A stretch of DNA of 64,000 nt from Spirochaetia bacterium (lineage in GTDB: Bacteria > Spirochaetota > Spirochaetia > CAKZLE01), in NCBI GenBank assembly GCA_963677595.1, contig OY782041.1, positions 3,136,001 through 3,200,000 on the forward strand, in the 5' to 3' direction. The position numbers were made by a program, and so were the translations under genes. Within the stretch, counting starts at the first letter, position 1; each line of letters starts with the position of its first letter. Under the pieces are notes generated by a model. The model made no database searches. It was not told where the DNA came from and worked only from the letters and a program-made list of their open reading frames with translations. Below are positions 18,415 through 27,949 of this stretch, piece by piece.

Positions 18415-19887
18415 ATGGAATATAAGTATCAGGTACAGCATGAGAAGGGTAAATACCATGCCGTGGAGCGGATCGGGAAGCTCCTCGATCCCGATTCCTT
18501 CTTCGAGATCGGCTCGGGAATCGAGCATGACTGCCATGAGTTCGGCATGGATAAGAAACACTCCCCCTACGATGGGGTGATCACCGGCTTCGGGACGATC
18601 GCCTCCAGACAGGTCGCGATCTATTCCCAGGATTTCACCGTCCTCGGCGGGACACTCGGGGAGATGCACGGGAAGAAGATCGAGCGGATCATCGAGCTGG
18701 CCATCAAGAACCGGTGCCCCCTGATAGGTATCAATGATTCCGGCGGGGCTCGGATCCAGGAGGGGATCAAGGCACTCGGCGGCTACGGTGACATCTTCAG
18801 GCTCAATACCATGGCCTCAGGGTACATCCCGCAGATCTCGCTGATCCTTGGCCCCTGTGCCGGGGGTGCGGTCTACTCTCCCGGCATCACCGACTTCGTC
18901 TTCGTCGTGGACAATATCAGTAAGATGTTCGTGACAGGGCCGGCCGTGGTGAAGAAGGTGCTCTACGAGCATGTCGACAGCCAGACCCTCGGCGGGGCGA
19001 GGATGCACGCCGAGACCAGCGGGGTAGCCCATTTCTTCTCGAAGAGTGAGGATGATTGCTTCACCTCGGTCAAGGAGCTGCTTACCTTCCTGCCGCAGAG
19101 CAACAGGAAAGAACCCTGGAAGGTACAGGTGAAGCCCAATCACCGCTATGACATCTCTTCGCTGGTACCGCAGAACCCCAAGCAGACCTATGACATGCAC
19201 AAGGTCATCGAGAAGCTCTTCGATAGCTTCCTCGAGGTCTCGCGGGACTTCGCAAAGAACATCATCGTGGGGTTCGCGGCCCTGAACGGGATCAGCGTAG
19301 GCGTGATCGCCAACCAGCCGAGCCACCTCGCTGGCGTGATCGACTGCGATACCAGCGATAAGGCCGCCCGGTTCGTCCGGTTCTGCGATGCCTTCAATAT
19401 CCCTTTGGTGACCCTTGTTGATGTACCGGGGTTCATGCCGGGGAAGGAGCAGGAGAACCGGGGCATCATCAGGCATGGGTCCAAGCTCCTCTACGCCTAT
19501 TCGGAGGCCACCGTCCCGAAGATCACCGTCATCCTCAGGAAGGCTTACGGCGGGGCCTATATCGCGATGTGCTCCAAGCAGCTTGGGGCAGACTTCGTCT
19601 ACTGCTGGCCGAAAGCCGAGATCGCCGTGATGGGGGCCGAAGGAGCCGTGGAGGTGATCTTCAAGCGGGAGATCAAGCAGGAGGAACATCCTGAGGAGTT
19701 CATGGAGCGGAAGATCGCCGAGTACAAGGCCGGCTTCCTGAACCCCGATACCGCCGTACGGAGGGGGATCGTCGATGAGCTCATCGAGCCGGGGGATACC
19801 CGGGATTATATCTTCAAGAGCCTGCAGTTCTGTTCCGGCAAGGAGGCACAGCTCCCGCAGAAGAAGCACGGGAACATCCCGCTGTAG
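18415..19887 (+). CDS. Acyl-CoA carboxylase/decarboxylase carboxyltransferase subunit (PccB/MmdA-like)
   Basis: QDFTVLGGTLG, DSGGARIQEG, GPCAGGAVYSP, KAARFVRFCDAFNIP, RKAYGGAY, KKHGNIPL. Confidence 0.92.
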   Translation: MEYKYQVQHEKGKYHAVERIGKLLDPDSFFEIGSGIEHDCHEFGMDKKHSPYDGVITGFGTIASRQVAIYSQDFTVLGGTLGEMHGKKIERIIELAIKNRCPLIGINDSGGARIQEGIKALGGYGDIFRLNTMASGYIPQISLILGPCAGGAVYSPGITDFVFVVDNISKMFVTGPAVVKKVLYEHVDSQTLGGARMHAETSGVAHFFSKSEDDCFTSVKELLTFLPQSNRKEPWKVQVKPNHRYDISSLVPQNPKQTYDMHKVIEKLFDSFLEVSRDFAKNIIVGFAALNGISVGVIANQPSHLAGVIDCDTSDKAARFVRFCDAFNIPLVTLVDVPGFMPGKEQENRGIIRHGSKLLYAYSEATVPKITVILRKAYGGAYIAMCSKQLGADFVYCWPKAEIAVMGAEGAVEVIFKREIKQEEHPEEFMERKIAEYKAGFLNPDTAVRRGIVDELIEPGDTRDYIFKSLQFCSGKEAQLPQKKHGNIPL

Positions 19888-20029
19888 GTGAGGGCGGCGG
19901 TATGCTGGTAGATTCATAATTATGATCATCTCTATGTAACAAACTCTTTAAAATAAAAAGTTTTTGGACATTGATGTCATAAACTTTCCTATCTTACATT
20001 TTTATGGTATTGTTGTTGTGGAGGCGTGT

Positions 20030-21352
20030 ATGCGGAAACCGAGCACATTGATCATGCGTGAACAGTATCTCAGCAGGCTTATTGCATTCTCAGATACAGA
20101 TTCCATAAAAGTCATTACTGGTATCAGGCGATGCGGAAAATCAAGCATGTTGAAACTCATGGTCCGGTACCTGATTGAAGAACGGGGGATCGATCTTGAA
20201 CAGATCGTCGAGATGAATTTTGAATCTCTCGAGTTCTCGCAGATGGATGTCATGGCATTATATGAGTTCATACGGTCGAAGATAATCCCCGGCAAGCGTA
20301 TGTACCTGTTCTTTGACGAGATCCAACGAATTCCCCGCTGGCAGGATGCGGTGAACTCGTTCAGGGTCGACTTCGACTGTGACCAGTATATCACAGGTTC
20401 CAATGCCTATCTGCTCTCCTCCGAGTTCTCGACCTACCTTTCCGGCAGGTATGTGGAGATACAGATGCTGCCCTTATCTTTCAAGGAATTTCTCACGTTC
20501 CAAGGGTATCGTGTGACGATCTCTAACGCTCCCGACGGGACGGAGTCACGTCGGATCGTAGATGATGAGGGGAGACCGTTCTCGATAGCCGATATCTTGC
20601 GGGTGTATATCCGGTATGGAGGGCTTCCTGTTCTGGGGGATATAGCATTGGAGCAGGAGCATGCTCTGATACTGCTCGACGGGGTATTCTCGACAGTCGT
20701 CCTCCGTGATATCCTCCTCCGTGAGAGGAGGAGAGGCCAGCGTCAAATATCCGATACTTTCCTGCTGAAGAAGATCAGCCTCTTCCTGGCCGACAATATC
20801 GGGAACCCTACCTCCCTAACCTCGATAGGGAAGATGCTCGTCAGTCAGAGGGATCTGGATGAGGGGCACAGGAAGAGCAATCCAGCGGTACGCACCGTTA
20901 TCGCCTATGTGACTGCACTCCTGGAATCCTATGTATTCTATGAGATAAAGCGATTTGACATCAAGGGTCGTGAATACCTGAAGACCCTTGGCAAGTACTA
21001 TATCGTGGATCCAGGCTTGAGGAACTATCTTCTTGGCTTCAATGGACTGGATACCGGTCGTATGCTTGAGAACATCGTCTATCTTGAACTCCTTCGCCGC
21101 GGGTACGATCCCGCCGTAGGGAAGATCGGTGAAATGGAAATAGACTTTGTTGCCATTCGGGGAGATGAGATCCTCTATATCCAGGTAGCCTCGTCATTAG
21201 CTGATGAGGCTGCCCTGGAACGTGAAGTGAGACCATTCAGACAGGTTGTGAACGGGTATGCGAAGATACTCATTACCGGAGAACGCTATCTTGCGGCATC
21301 GGTGGATGGGTATCCTGTGATCTATCTTGGGGACTGGCTGCTGGAGCCGTGA
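20030..21352 (+). CDS. AAA_14 + DUF4143 ATPase
   Basis: ITGIRRCGKS, FFDEIQ, ITGSNA, KYYIVDPGLR, LENIVYLEL, EIDF...YIQVA; GGAGG RBS before ATG 20030. Confidence 0.9.
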   Translation: MRKPSTLIMREQYLSRLIAFSDTDSIKVITGIRRCGKSSMLKLMVRYLIEERGIDLEQIVEMNFESLEFSQMDVMALYEFIRSKIIPGKRMYLFFDEIQRIPRWQDAVNSFRVDFDCDQYITGSNAYLLSSEFSTYLSGRYVEIQMLPLSFKEFLTFQGYRVTISNAPDGTESRRIVDDEGRPFSIADILRVYIRYGGLPVLGDIALEQEHALILLDGVFSTVVLRDILLRERRRGQRQISDTFLLKKISLFLADNIGNPTSLTSIGKMLVSQRDLDEGHRKSNPAVRTVIAYVTALLESYVFYEIKRFDIKGREYLKTLGKYYIVDPGLRNYLLGFNGLDTGRMLENIVYLELLRRGYDPAVGKIGEMEIDFVAIRGDEILYIQVASSLADEAALEREVRPFRQVVNGYAKILITGERYLAASVDGYPVIYLGDWLLEP

Positions 21353-21390
21353 CCTGTAGATACCCTCTACGAGGCCGCAGCGCTAGCCCC

Positions 21391-22509
21391 CTACTGCAGG
21401 AATTCTACGCAGTTCTCCGGTGTGACGGAGCTCTCTGCTGCGAGGTCGTAGATTTTCCGGAACGTGGTGTGACACGTCCTGTACCTGGATGGGGCCCACC
21501 TGAACTCGAAGGCGTGGAACTTCCCGTCATGCTCCTCGAGGTAGGGGACCCTCTCCTGTCTCTTGGTCCACCAGAACCTTGCCTTCGGAGATACCCCCTT
21601 GTGCATGTTGCGCTTCATCCGCTCACTGGCACAGAAGTTCTCCCATAACGCCTCACGGTCAGCACGGGAACACATCGGGGAGAAATCAGAGGCCAGGGCA
21701 TTCCTCAAGCCGGTATCATAGAAGTAGACCTTCCTGCCCCGCTGGTACTCCCAGTCAGGGGAGGTGCAGAGGATATCAAGATAAAAGATGATGAATGCCT
21801 CCTCCAGCATCTGTAAATATATCCTGGTCGTACTGGTGCTGAGCCCGGCGGCGTCTGCCAGTCCTTTCATGATGAGCACCTGCCCGTTCTGCAGTGCCAG
21901 GGTGTGCAGCAGCCTGATGAACCCGTCGGGATATCTGATCGTCTTAAGGCTGCACAGCTCTCGCTTTATGTTCTCCGAGATGGCCTGCAGCAGGTATTGT
22001 TCTTTCCCTGGGGATGTGACCACTTCCGGGTAATACCCGTAGAGCACCCGCTCTTCGAGCATCCGGTGTTCGGTGGCGGTATCGGTATGGGCAGCCATCT
22101 CACCAAAGGAGAGGGGATGCAGGTAGAGACTTGTGAGCTTCTTGTGATACGGCTCCTTGAGCCTGTTGGCAAGCTTGAGGGACCACGACCCGGTCGCCAG
22201 CACCTGCAGCCCCGGCATGACGGACGTGATCCGATGAAGGATCAGCCCGATATGCTCGATCCTCTGCGCTTCCTCGATGATCAGTGATGCATAGCCTGAG
22301 AGCTGTGTCATCAGCCTGCTGCCTGCGATCCTGCGGAGGAGTTTCCCCGTCCCCGGGTGGGTGCCATCGAGCCAGAGGACATCATCTGCATGCTTGAACA
22401 GGTCCCGAAGCAGGGACCTCTTCCCTGCATGCTGCGGCCCGCAGACCAGTAAGGCTTTTCCCGGGCGGCAGCCCGCCAGGATGCCAGCTTCAATGTTTCG
22501 TGTAATCAC
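21391..22509 (-). CDS. Degenerate AAA_14 + DUF4143 paralogue
   Basis: Family scaffold intact (ATGS, YGYYPEV, KVYFYDTGLRNA, ALWENF). Walker A reads GPQHAGKRS, Walker B IIEEAQ, nuclease region RVPY...EFRW. GTG start inferred from a GGAGG RBS. Confidence 0.75.
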   Translation of the reverse strand: MITRNIEAGILAGCRPGKALLVCGPQHAGKRSLLRDLFKHADDVLWLDGTHPGTGKLLRRIAGSRLMTQLSGYASLIIEEAQRIEHIGLILHRITSVMPGLQVLATGSWSLKLANRLKEPYHKKLTSLYLHPLSFGEMAAHTDTATEHRMLEERVLYGYYPEVVTSPGKEQYLLQAISENIKRELCSLKTIRYPDGFIRLLHTLALQNGQVLIMKGLADAAGLSTSTTRIYLQMLEEAFIIFYLDILCTSPDWEYQRGRKVYFYDTGLRNALASDFSPMCSRADREALWENFCASERMKRNMHKGVSPKARFWWTKRQERVPYLEEHDGKFHAFEFRWAPSRYRTCHTTFRKIYDLAAESSVTPENCVEFLQ

Positions 22510-22557
22510 TTCCAGCCTCCGGCCACAGTATAGGCCAGGATAGGATAAAGTCAACCA

Positions 22558-22603
22558 TTTCCTATGGAAAAGAGTTAGCTTTTCCTATGGAAAAGAGTTC
22601 GCT
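22558..22603. repeat. 23-bp tandem duplication containing the TTTCCTATGGAAA near-palindrome
   Basis: TTTCCTATGGAAAAGAGTTAGCT / TTTCCTATGGAAAAGAGTTCGCT, just upstream of a minus-strand TTGACT -35 and overlapping the amidohydrolase stop codon. Confidence 0.8.
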
Positions 22604-23857
22604 GGGGTTGCGGTAGAAGATCCGCTCGGCGATGAACTCCGCCTGGCTGATATCCAGTTTGCCCCTTGATACCATCTCCGACAGGGCTGAAGCGATGTTC
22701 TCCTTCGCTATCCGCAGGTGGCCGGCAACCAGATCGATGCGTGATACGTCGCCTCCGAAAGCCATGACCTTGTTGACCGGGACAGTGTCGATCAGCTCCT
22801 TCAGGAACCTCCTGCTTGCCTCAGGCGCGATGATATGAGCCCAGCACATGTCGATGTAGACGTTGGGGAAGGTCTTTGCCAGGACTGCTGTATATCCCTG
22901 GTAGGGGTACCCTATATGGAAGAGGTCGAACGAGAGGTCGGGGTACTCGCAGAAGAGATTTGTCAGCAGCCTCGGGTCCGCGTTCCTGACCTCATTGCTG
23001 TTCCCTGCCTGCAGCCCGGTATGGATCTGGAAGACGAGCCCCCGCCTGTTTGCCAGACCCATGATGTGATGGAGCATGTGGTCCTGTGCCGCTTCCCCGA
23101 ACATGATGTATTTCGGGTTCCAGTCAGGATATCGCTTGGCAGCGAAGACGGGGTTGAAGGCTGCCTCCGCTTCATGCAGGGAAGCCCGTTCGAAACAGAG
23201 GCTCCGCCTGTAGGCGAGTCCCAGCTTGAACGCCTTCGCACCCTCCCTGACTGCCCGGTCAAGGAGGATGCTGCAGGCCTCCTTCCAGTCCCCGAAGCTG
23301 CAGATACGGATGCCCGATGCGCTCTCGATCCTGCGGATCTCCTCCCAGCTCTGCGGGGAGATGAAGGTGTCAACCCGGCACACCCCGGTGAAGCATGCAG
23401 GGTCACAGTCGATGAGGTAGTCCCCGGTGTCGAGGAGGCAGGTCTCGATATGATACCGGTCGAGGAGCTCCCTCGTATACCCCTCACGGTCGAGCTGTCG
23501 CTTGAACCGGGCATCGAGCTCCTCGATCGTTGAGGAATCGATCCGGTCGATGGAGTAGAGGGCCTGCACGGTCACATCGAGATGTCTCCCGTAGCCGGTG
23601 AGCCTGCAGAGCTCCCAGTAAGGTTCGACGGCCTTCCAGCGGTCAAGGATCGGGAGCGAGCTGTCCTGGAGCAGCAGGTAATCCTGGTCTGACAGCCCTG
23701 CGGATGCCAGGTCATACCTGAAGTACTGGCTGGTATACTCAGCAAGGAGGTCAGTCTCCCTGCTGCGGAGCTGCTCGAACCCCGGCAGGTGCTCATGCGT
23801 GTCTATGACCCGCACGCCTTCCAGGTATTCACGCAGCTGATCGTGGAACTTGTTCAT
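22562..23857 (-). CDS. Amidohydrolase-superfamily protein, uronate isomerase-like
   Basis: IDTHEHL, FQIHTG, FDLFHIGYP, NVYIDMCW, NKVMAFGGD metal-binding motifs. Confidence 0.8.
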   Translation of the reverse strand: MNKFHDQLREYLEGVRVIDTHEHLPGFEQLRSRETDLLAEYTSQYFRYDLASAGLSDQDYLLLQDSSLPILDRWKAVEPYWELCRLTGYGRHLDVTVQALYSIDRIDSSTIEELDARFKRQLDREGYTRELLDRYHIETCLLDTGDYLIDCDPACFTGVCRVDTFISPQSWEEIRRIESASGIRICSFGDWKEACSILLDRAVREGAKAFKLGLAYRRSLCFERASLHEAEAAFNPVFAAKRYPDWNPKYIMFGEAAQDHMLHHIMGLANRRGLVFQIHTGLQAGNSNEVRNADPRLLTNLFCEYPDLSFDLFHIGYPYQGYTAVLAKTFPNVYIDMCWAHIIAPEASRRFLKELIDTVPVNKVMAFGGDVSRIDLVAGHLRIAKENIASALSEMVSRGKLDISQAEFIAERIFYRNPSELFSIGKANSFP

Positions 23858-23963
23858 GACTTTCCCCCTGCAGTCTCAGATCATACCATATCGGAGATGA
23901 GAAGACAGCCCGTATTGCGGCATGATGCAGAAATACTGCAAATGCAGTATTCCTGCAACGAGG

Positions 23964-24716
23964 TCAGGTATCGGAAGAGAACAGCTTCCCGAACTCAGGA
24001 TGGTTCCCGAAGATGTCTGCATCGCTGAGGAAGCGCTCCTCGGAGAGGAAGTAGTCAGGATACTGTTCGCAGATACTGTCCTTCTCCGTGATCAGCCTCC
24101 TGACATGGGTCCTCATGATCGCGCTGGCCTCAGCTGCGTCATGCTGCTCCACAGCCTCTACGATGGAGACGTGGTGCTGCATGTTGACCCCAGAGAGACC
24201 TGCCATAAGGACCGAGAGGTACCGTATCCGGCGGTAATGGCCGGAGAAGCTGGTCAGGAGGTTATAACAGAGCTGCTTCTTCGTCTCGTCGAACATGATG
24301 CCGTGGAACTGGTCGTCATAATCGAGGAACTTCGCGTAATCCTTCTGCTCGATGGCAGCCTGCTGTTTCTTCAGGTTGAGCCTGAGCCGGTCGATGCTCT
24401 CCTCGCTGTGGTAATCGGCAAAGAGTTCCACCACCGCACATTCGAGGGATTCGCGCAGGAACCGCTCCTCCTGTACCCGGGCTAAGTCGATCTTGGAGAC
24501 GAAGGTCCCCTTCTGGGGGATGATCGTCACCAGCCCTTCCTGGGAGAGGCGTATGAACGCCTCTCTGACGGGCGTCCTGCTGACATTCAGCTTCTCCGAT
24601 ATATCCTTCTCGCTGATCATGGTCCCGGGCTTGAGATTGAAGTTGACGATGTTCTTATAGATCAGTGCATAGATGGACTCACTGAAGTTCGAGCCGCTTC
24701 TCCTCTGTTTCTGCAT
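23964..24716 (-). CDS. GntR/FadR-family regulator with FCD domain
   Basis: LKPG..ISE..ISEKLNVSRTPVREA...PQKGTFV, RESLE, DDQFH, H..IVEA. Confidence 0.92.
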   Translation of the reverse strand: MQKQRRSGSNFSESIYALIYKNIVNFNLKPGTMISEKDISEKLNVSRTPVREAFIRLSQEGLVTIIPQKGTFVSKIDLARVQEERFLRESLECAVVELFADYHSEESIDRLRLNLKKQQAAIEQKDYAKFLDYDDQFHGIMFDETKKQLCYNLLTSFSGHYRRIRYLSVLMAGLSGVNMQHHVSIVEAVEQHDAAEASAIMRTHVRRLITEKDSICEQYPDYFLSEERFLSDADIFGNHPEFGKLFSSDT

Positions 24717-24748
24717 AGGCCTCTCCATATGGGATTCTGTTGACATTT

Positions 24749-24985
24749 TAGTATACAAGATGGTAAATAACAAGAGCATTTATGATTAACAAGTACAAGT
24801 ATACAAGTATACTAATCTTTCTGAATGTAGGAGATTTCGGTACAAAACTGGTAAATGATCAGAAAATACGTGAAATTAACGAATTTAGAATGATTGTACA
24901 CAAATAGAGACTGTTTTCAACGACCCGTAAAAGCGTGAAAATAATCCTTGCGCAATCAAAACACATATGCTAGTATACAAGTATA
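24749..24985. promoter_or_regulatory. Divergent promoter region with repeated GTATAC GntR-type boxes and a TTGCGC-N17-TAGTAT promoter for dctP
   Basis: TAGTATACAA at 24749 and 24971, AAGTATACAA at 24797, AAGTATACTA at 24805. Confidence 0.65.
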
Positions 24986-25006
24986 AAAGACTGATTAAGG
25001 AGTTGC

Positions 25007-26014
25007 ATGATGAAAATGAGCAAACGATTACTCATCGCAGCAGTGATGATCGCCATGGTTCTCGGTAGTGTTACCGCACAGGGACAGAAGGACGCAGCAG
25101 AGGACAAGACCTATGTCCTGAAGATGTCGACACAGTTGAACGAGTCGAGCCCGATGGTCCAGGGTTTCAAGGAGTGGGCCAAGAGTGTATCAGAGAAAAC
25201 AGATGGGAAGGTGGAGATCCAGATATACCCCTCAGCCCAGCTCGGCAGTGACGAGGACGTCATCGAGCAGGCTATCCAGGGTGTGAACGTCGCGGTCCTG
25301 ACTGACGGCGGGAGGATGAGCAACTATGTGAAGGACATCGGTATCATCGGTATGCCGTACATCGCGCAGAACTATGACGACGTCCTTGCGATCACCAAGA
25401 CTGCGACCTTCGACGGCTGGGTCGATGAGCTCGCAAGCCAGAACGGCATCCAGGTGCTGAGCTTCAACTGGTATGACGGTGCACGACACTTCCTCACCAA
25501 CAAGCCGATCAAGGAACCTGCTGACCTCAACGGTGTGCGGGTACGTACTCCCGGTGCCCCGGTATGGTCAGAGTCCGTAGCGGCAATGGGGGCTACCCCG
25601 ATCGCCATGAACTGGCCTGATACCTACAACGGTGTCCAGTCCAAGGCTATCGACGGCTGTGAGGCGCAGCATACCGCTTCCTACGGACTGCGGATCTATG
25701 AAGTACTGAAATATATCAACAAGACTGCGCATTTCCAGCTGGTCAATGGTATCATCGTAGGGGAGAAGTGGTTCAACACCCTTCCCGAAGCGTACCAGAC
25801 GATCCTGGTCGATGAGTGCAAGGCTGCAGCGACCGTGAACGCACGGCTCGTGGAGCAGCTCTCGGATGAGTTCGAGCAGAAGATGGTCGATGAGGGCATG
25901 ATCGTCAACGACGATGTCGACGTGGCAAGCTTCAAGGCTGCCTCGGAAGCTGCCTATGAGAAGCTCGGTTTCAACGACCTGCGCAAGCAGATCTTCGCAG
26001 AGATCGGGAAATAA
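25007..26014 (+). CDS. dctP: TRAP transporter solute-binding protein
   Basis: Signal peptide, IQIYPSAQLG, GARH, DLNGVRVRTP, MGATP..M.W.D.Y...Q...IDG. Confidence 0.9.
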   Translation: MMKMSKRLLIAAVMIAMVLGSVTAQGQKDAAEDKTYVLKMSTQLNESSPMVQGFKEWAKSVSEKTDGKVEIQIYPSAQLGSDEDVIEQAIQGVNVAVLTDGGRMSNYVKDIGIIGMPYIAQNYDDVLAITKTATFDGWVDELASQNGIQVLSFNWYDGARHFLTNKPIKEPADLNGVRVRTPGAPVWSESVAAMGATPIAMNWPDTYNGVQSKAIDGCEAQHTASYGLRIYEVLKYINKTAHFQLVNGIIVGEKWFNTLPEAYQTILVDECKAAATVNARLVEQLSDEFEQKMVDEGMIVNDDVDVASFKAASEAAYEKLGFNDLRKQIFAEIGK

Positions 26015-26038
26015 GAGCGGGTACGAGGGAGCAAGAGT

Positions 26039-26512
26039 ATGAGAAGAGTATATGGTGCATTCTGCAGGATCGAGGAGTTCGTCGTCGGTACCTTCATCGT
26101 TACCGTGACGGCCCTGGTGTTCCTCTCCGCAGTGGCAAGGACTATCAAGCATCCCATCAACTGGGCGCAGGATGTATCATTGCTCCTCTTCGCCTGGACC
26201 GTGTTCCTCGGTGCCGATGTGGCACTCCGGGAGAAGGACTTCGTCAATGTCGACATGCTCGTCTCCCGGTTCCCGGAGCGGATCCGGACCGTCCTCTACT
26301 ACCTGTGGAACACGGTCATCATCGGGTTTTTGTTCCTGCTGATCCGGTTCGGGATACCCTTGAGTATCGATAACTCGAAGCGGTTGTTCCAGACGCTCGG
26401 GATCAGTTATTCCTGGGCCTCGATCAGTGTCCCCATCGGGGCGCTGTTCATGATGGTGACGGTCATCCTGAAACTGATCGTTCATATTCGAAACAACAGG
26501 GCAGGGAGGTAA
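26039..26512 (+). CDS. dctQ: TRAP transporter small permease
   Basis: About four TM segments, WAQD..LLLFAW.VFLGA, VNVD. Confidence 0.9.
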   Translation: MRRVYGAFCRIEEFVVGTFIVTVTALVFLSAVARTIKHPINWAQDVSLLLFAWTVFLGADVALREKDFVNVDMLVSRFPERIRTVLYYLWNTVIIGFLFLLIRFGIPLSIDNSKRLFQTLGISYSWASISVPIGALFMMVTVILKLIVHIRNNRAGR

Positions 26513-26516
26513 GGCT

Positions 26517-27797
26517 ATGGGTATCGTTGTCATACTGTTTCTGGTCTTCCTGCTGCTCGGCATGCCCGTAGCTTTTGCCATCGGGATATCGGGGGCCGCG
26601 TTCTTCTTCGTGACAGACGGGCTGCCGTTCACGATCATCGCACAGAAGGTGCTGAGCTCGACCCAGAGTTTCACCCTGCTGGCCTTGCCGCTGTTCATCT
26701 TCGCCGGTAACCTGATGAACAACACCGGCATCACGAAGCGCCTGCTCAAGCTGGCGAACCTCCTGACCGGCCATATGTACGGTCATCTCGCGCAGGTCTC
26801 CTGCGTCCTCTCCACCCTCATGGGCGGGGTCTCCGGTTCGGCGAATGCCGATGCGGCGATGGAATGCCGTATCCTGGGACCGGAGATGACCAAGCGAGGC
26901 TATAAGAAGGGGTATTCTTCCGCGATCAACGGCTGTTCAGCCCTGATCACCGCAACGATCCCGCCGAGTATGGGGCTCATCATCTACGGGTCCATCGGCG
27001 AAGTGTCGATTGGGCGGCTGTTTGCCGCGGGAATCGTCCCCGGACTCCTCATGATGATCGCCCTCATGATCGCCGTCCGCTTCACGTCGAAGCGATACGG
27101 GTACCGGGGTGAGAACACCCGGAAGCCCACCGCCGGTGAGATCGTTCGGGCCTTCATCGACAGTATCTGGGCGATCCTGTTCCCGGTCATCCTGCTCGTC
27201 GGTATCAGGTTCGGTATCCTGACCCCGTCGGAGTCAGGGGCCTTCGCTGCGGTCTATGCCATCGTCATCGGGGCCTTCATCTATAAGGAACTGACCTGGA
27301 AGACCTTCCTCGAGACGGTGAAGCACAGCATCAGGGATATCGGGATCATCATGATCATCGTCGCGCTCTCAGGCATATTCGGCTACGGGATCGTCTATGA
27401 CCGTATCCCCCAGGTGATGGCCGAGTTCCTGATCGGGGTGACGGGGAATCCCTACCTCCTGCTGTTCATCGTCATCATGCTGCTGGTGTTCAGCGGTATG
27501 TTCGTGGAGACGACGGTAGTCGCGCTCCTGCTGACACCGATCCTGCTGCCCGTCGTGACGAACGTCGGCATCGACCCGGTCCAGTTCGGGATCATCATGA
27601 TGACGATCGTCACCATGGGGATCATGACCCCGCCGGTCGGCATAGCGATCTATACGACGTCGAGCATCATGGGCTGCAAGCCCGAGGAGACGGCGAAGGA
27701 GGCAGTGCCCTTCATCCTGGCGATCATCGTCGTGGTCGGGATCTGCATCTTCTGGAAGGACCTGATCCTCTTCCTGCCGAACCTGATCTTCGGCTGA
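26517..27797 (+). CDS. dctM: TRAP transporter large permease
   Basis: GMPVAFAIG, LLALPLFIFAG, SGSANAD, IPPS, TPSES, GIDPVQFG, TPPVG. Confidence 0.92.
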   Translation: MGIVVILFLVFLLLGMPVAFAIGISGAAFFFVTDGLPFTIIAQKVLSSTQSFTLLALPLFIFAGNLMNNTGITKRLLKLANLLTGHMYGHLAQVSCVLSTLMGGVSGSANADAAMECRILGPEMTKRGYKKGYSSAINGCSALITATIPPSMGLIIYGSIGEVSIGRLFAAGIVPGLLMMIALMIAVRFTSKRYGYRGENTRKPTAGEIVRAFIDSIWAILFPVILLVGIRFGILTPSESGAFAAVYAIVIGAFIYKELTWKTFLETVKHSIRDIGIIMIIVALSGIFGYGIVYDRIPQVMAEFLIGVTGNPYLLLFIVIMLLVFSGMFVETTVVALLLTPILLPVVTNVGIDPVQFGIIMMTIVTMGIMTPPVGIAIYTTSSIMGCKPEETAKEAVPFILAIIVVVGICIFWKDLILFLPNLIFG

Positions 27798-27811
27798 CGA
27801 ATGCAGCCGCT

Positions 27812-27851
27812 TCCCCCGGCAAACAGGCTGGCTGACCGGGGGAGTTCTTCT
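27812..27851 (+). terminator. Possible hairpin/attenuator between dctM and uxuA
   Basis: TCCCCCGG...CCGGGGGA followed by a pyrimidine-rich run. Confidence 0.35.
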
Positions 27852-27949
27852 TCCCGTAAGCCGGCGCTACGTAGAATGAAAAGAACCAAGGACACTGAGA
27901 TCGTATTCCCGTATCAGGCTTCGAGTGTGTCCGGATGGAGAGTATAAAC

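Noticed and set aside
18817-19929. Long antisense ORFs (also 33129..34226, 44705..45610, 46152..47363, 57855..58694)
   Set aside because: They are shadows of GC3-rich real genes on the opposite strand and have no recognisable motifs.
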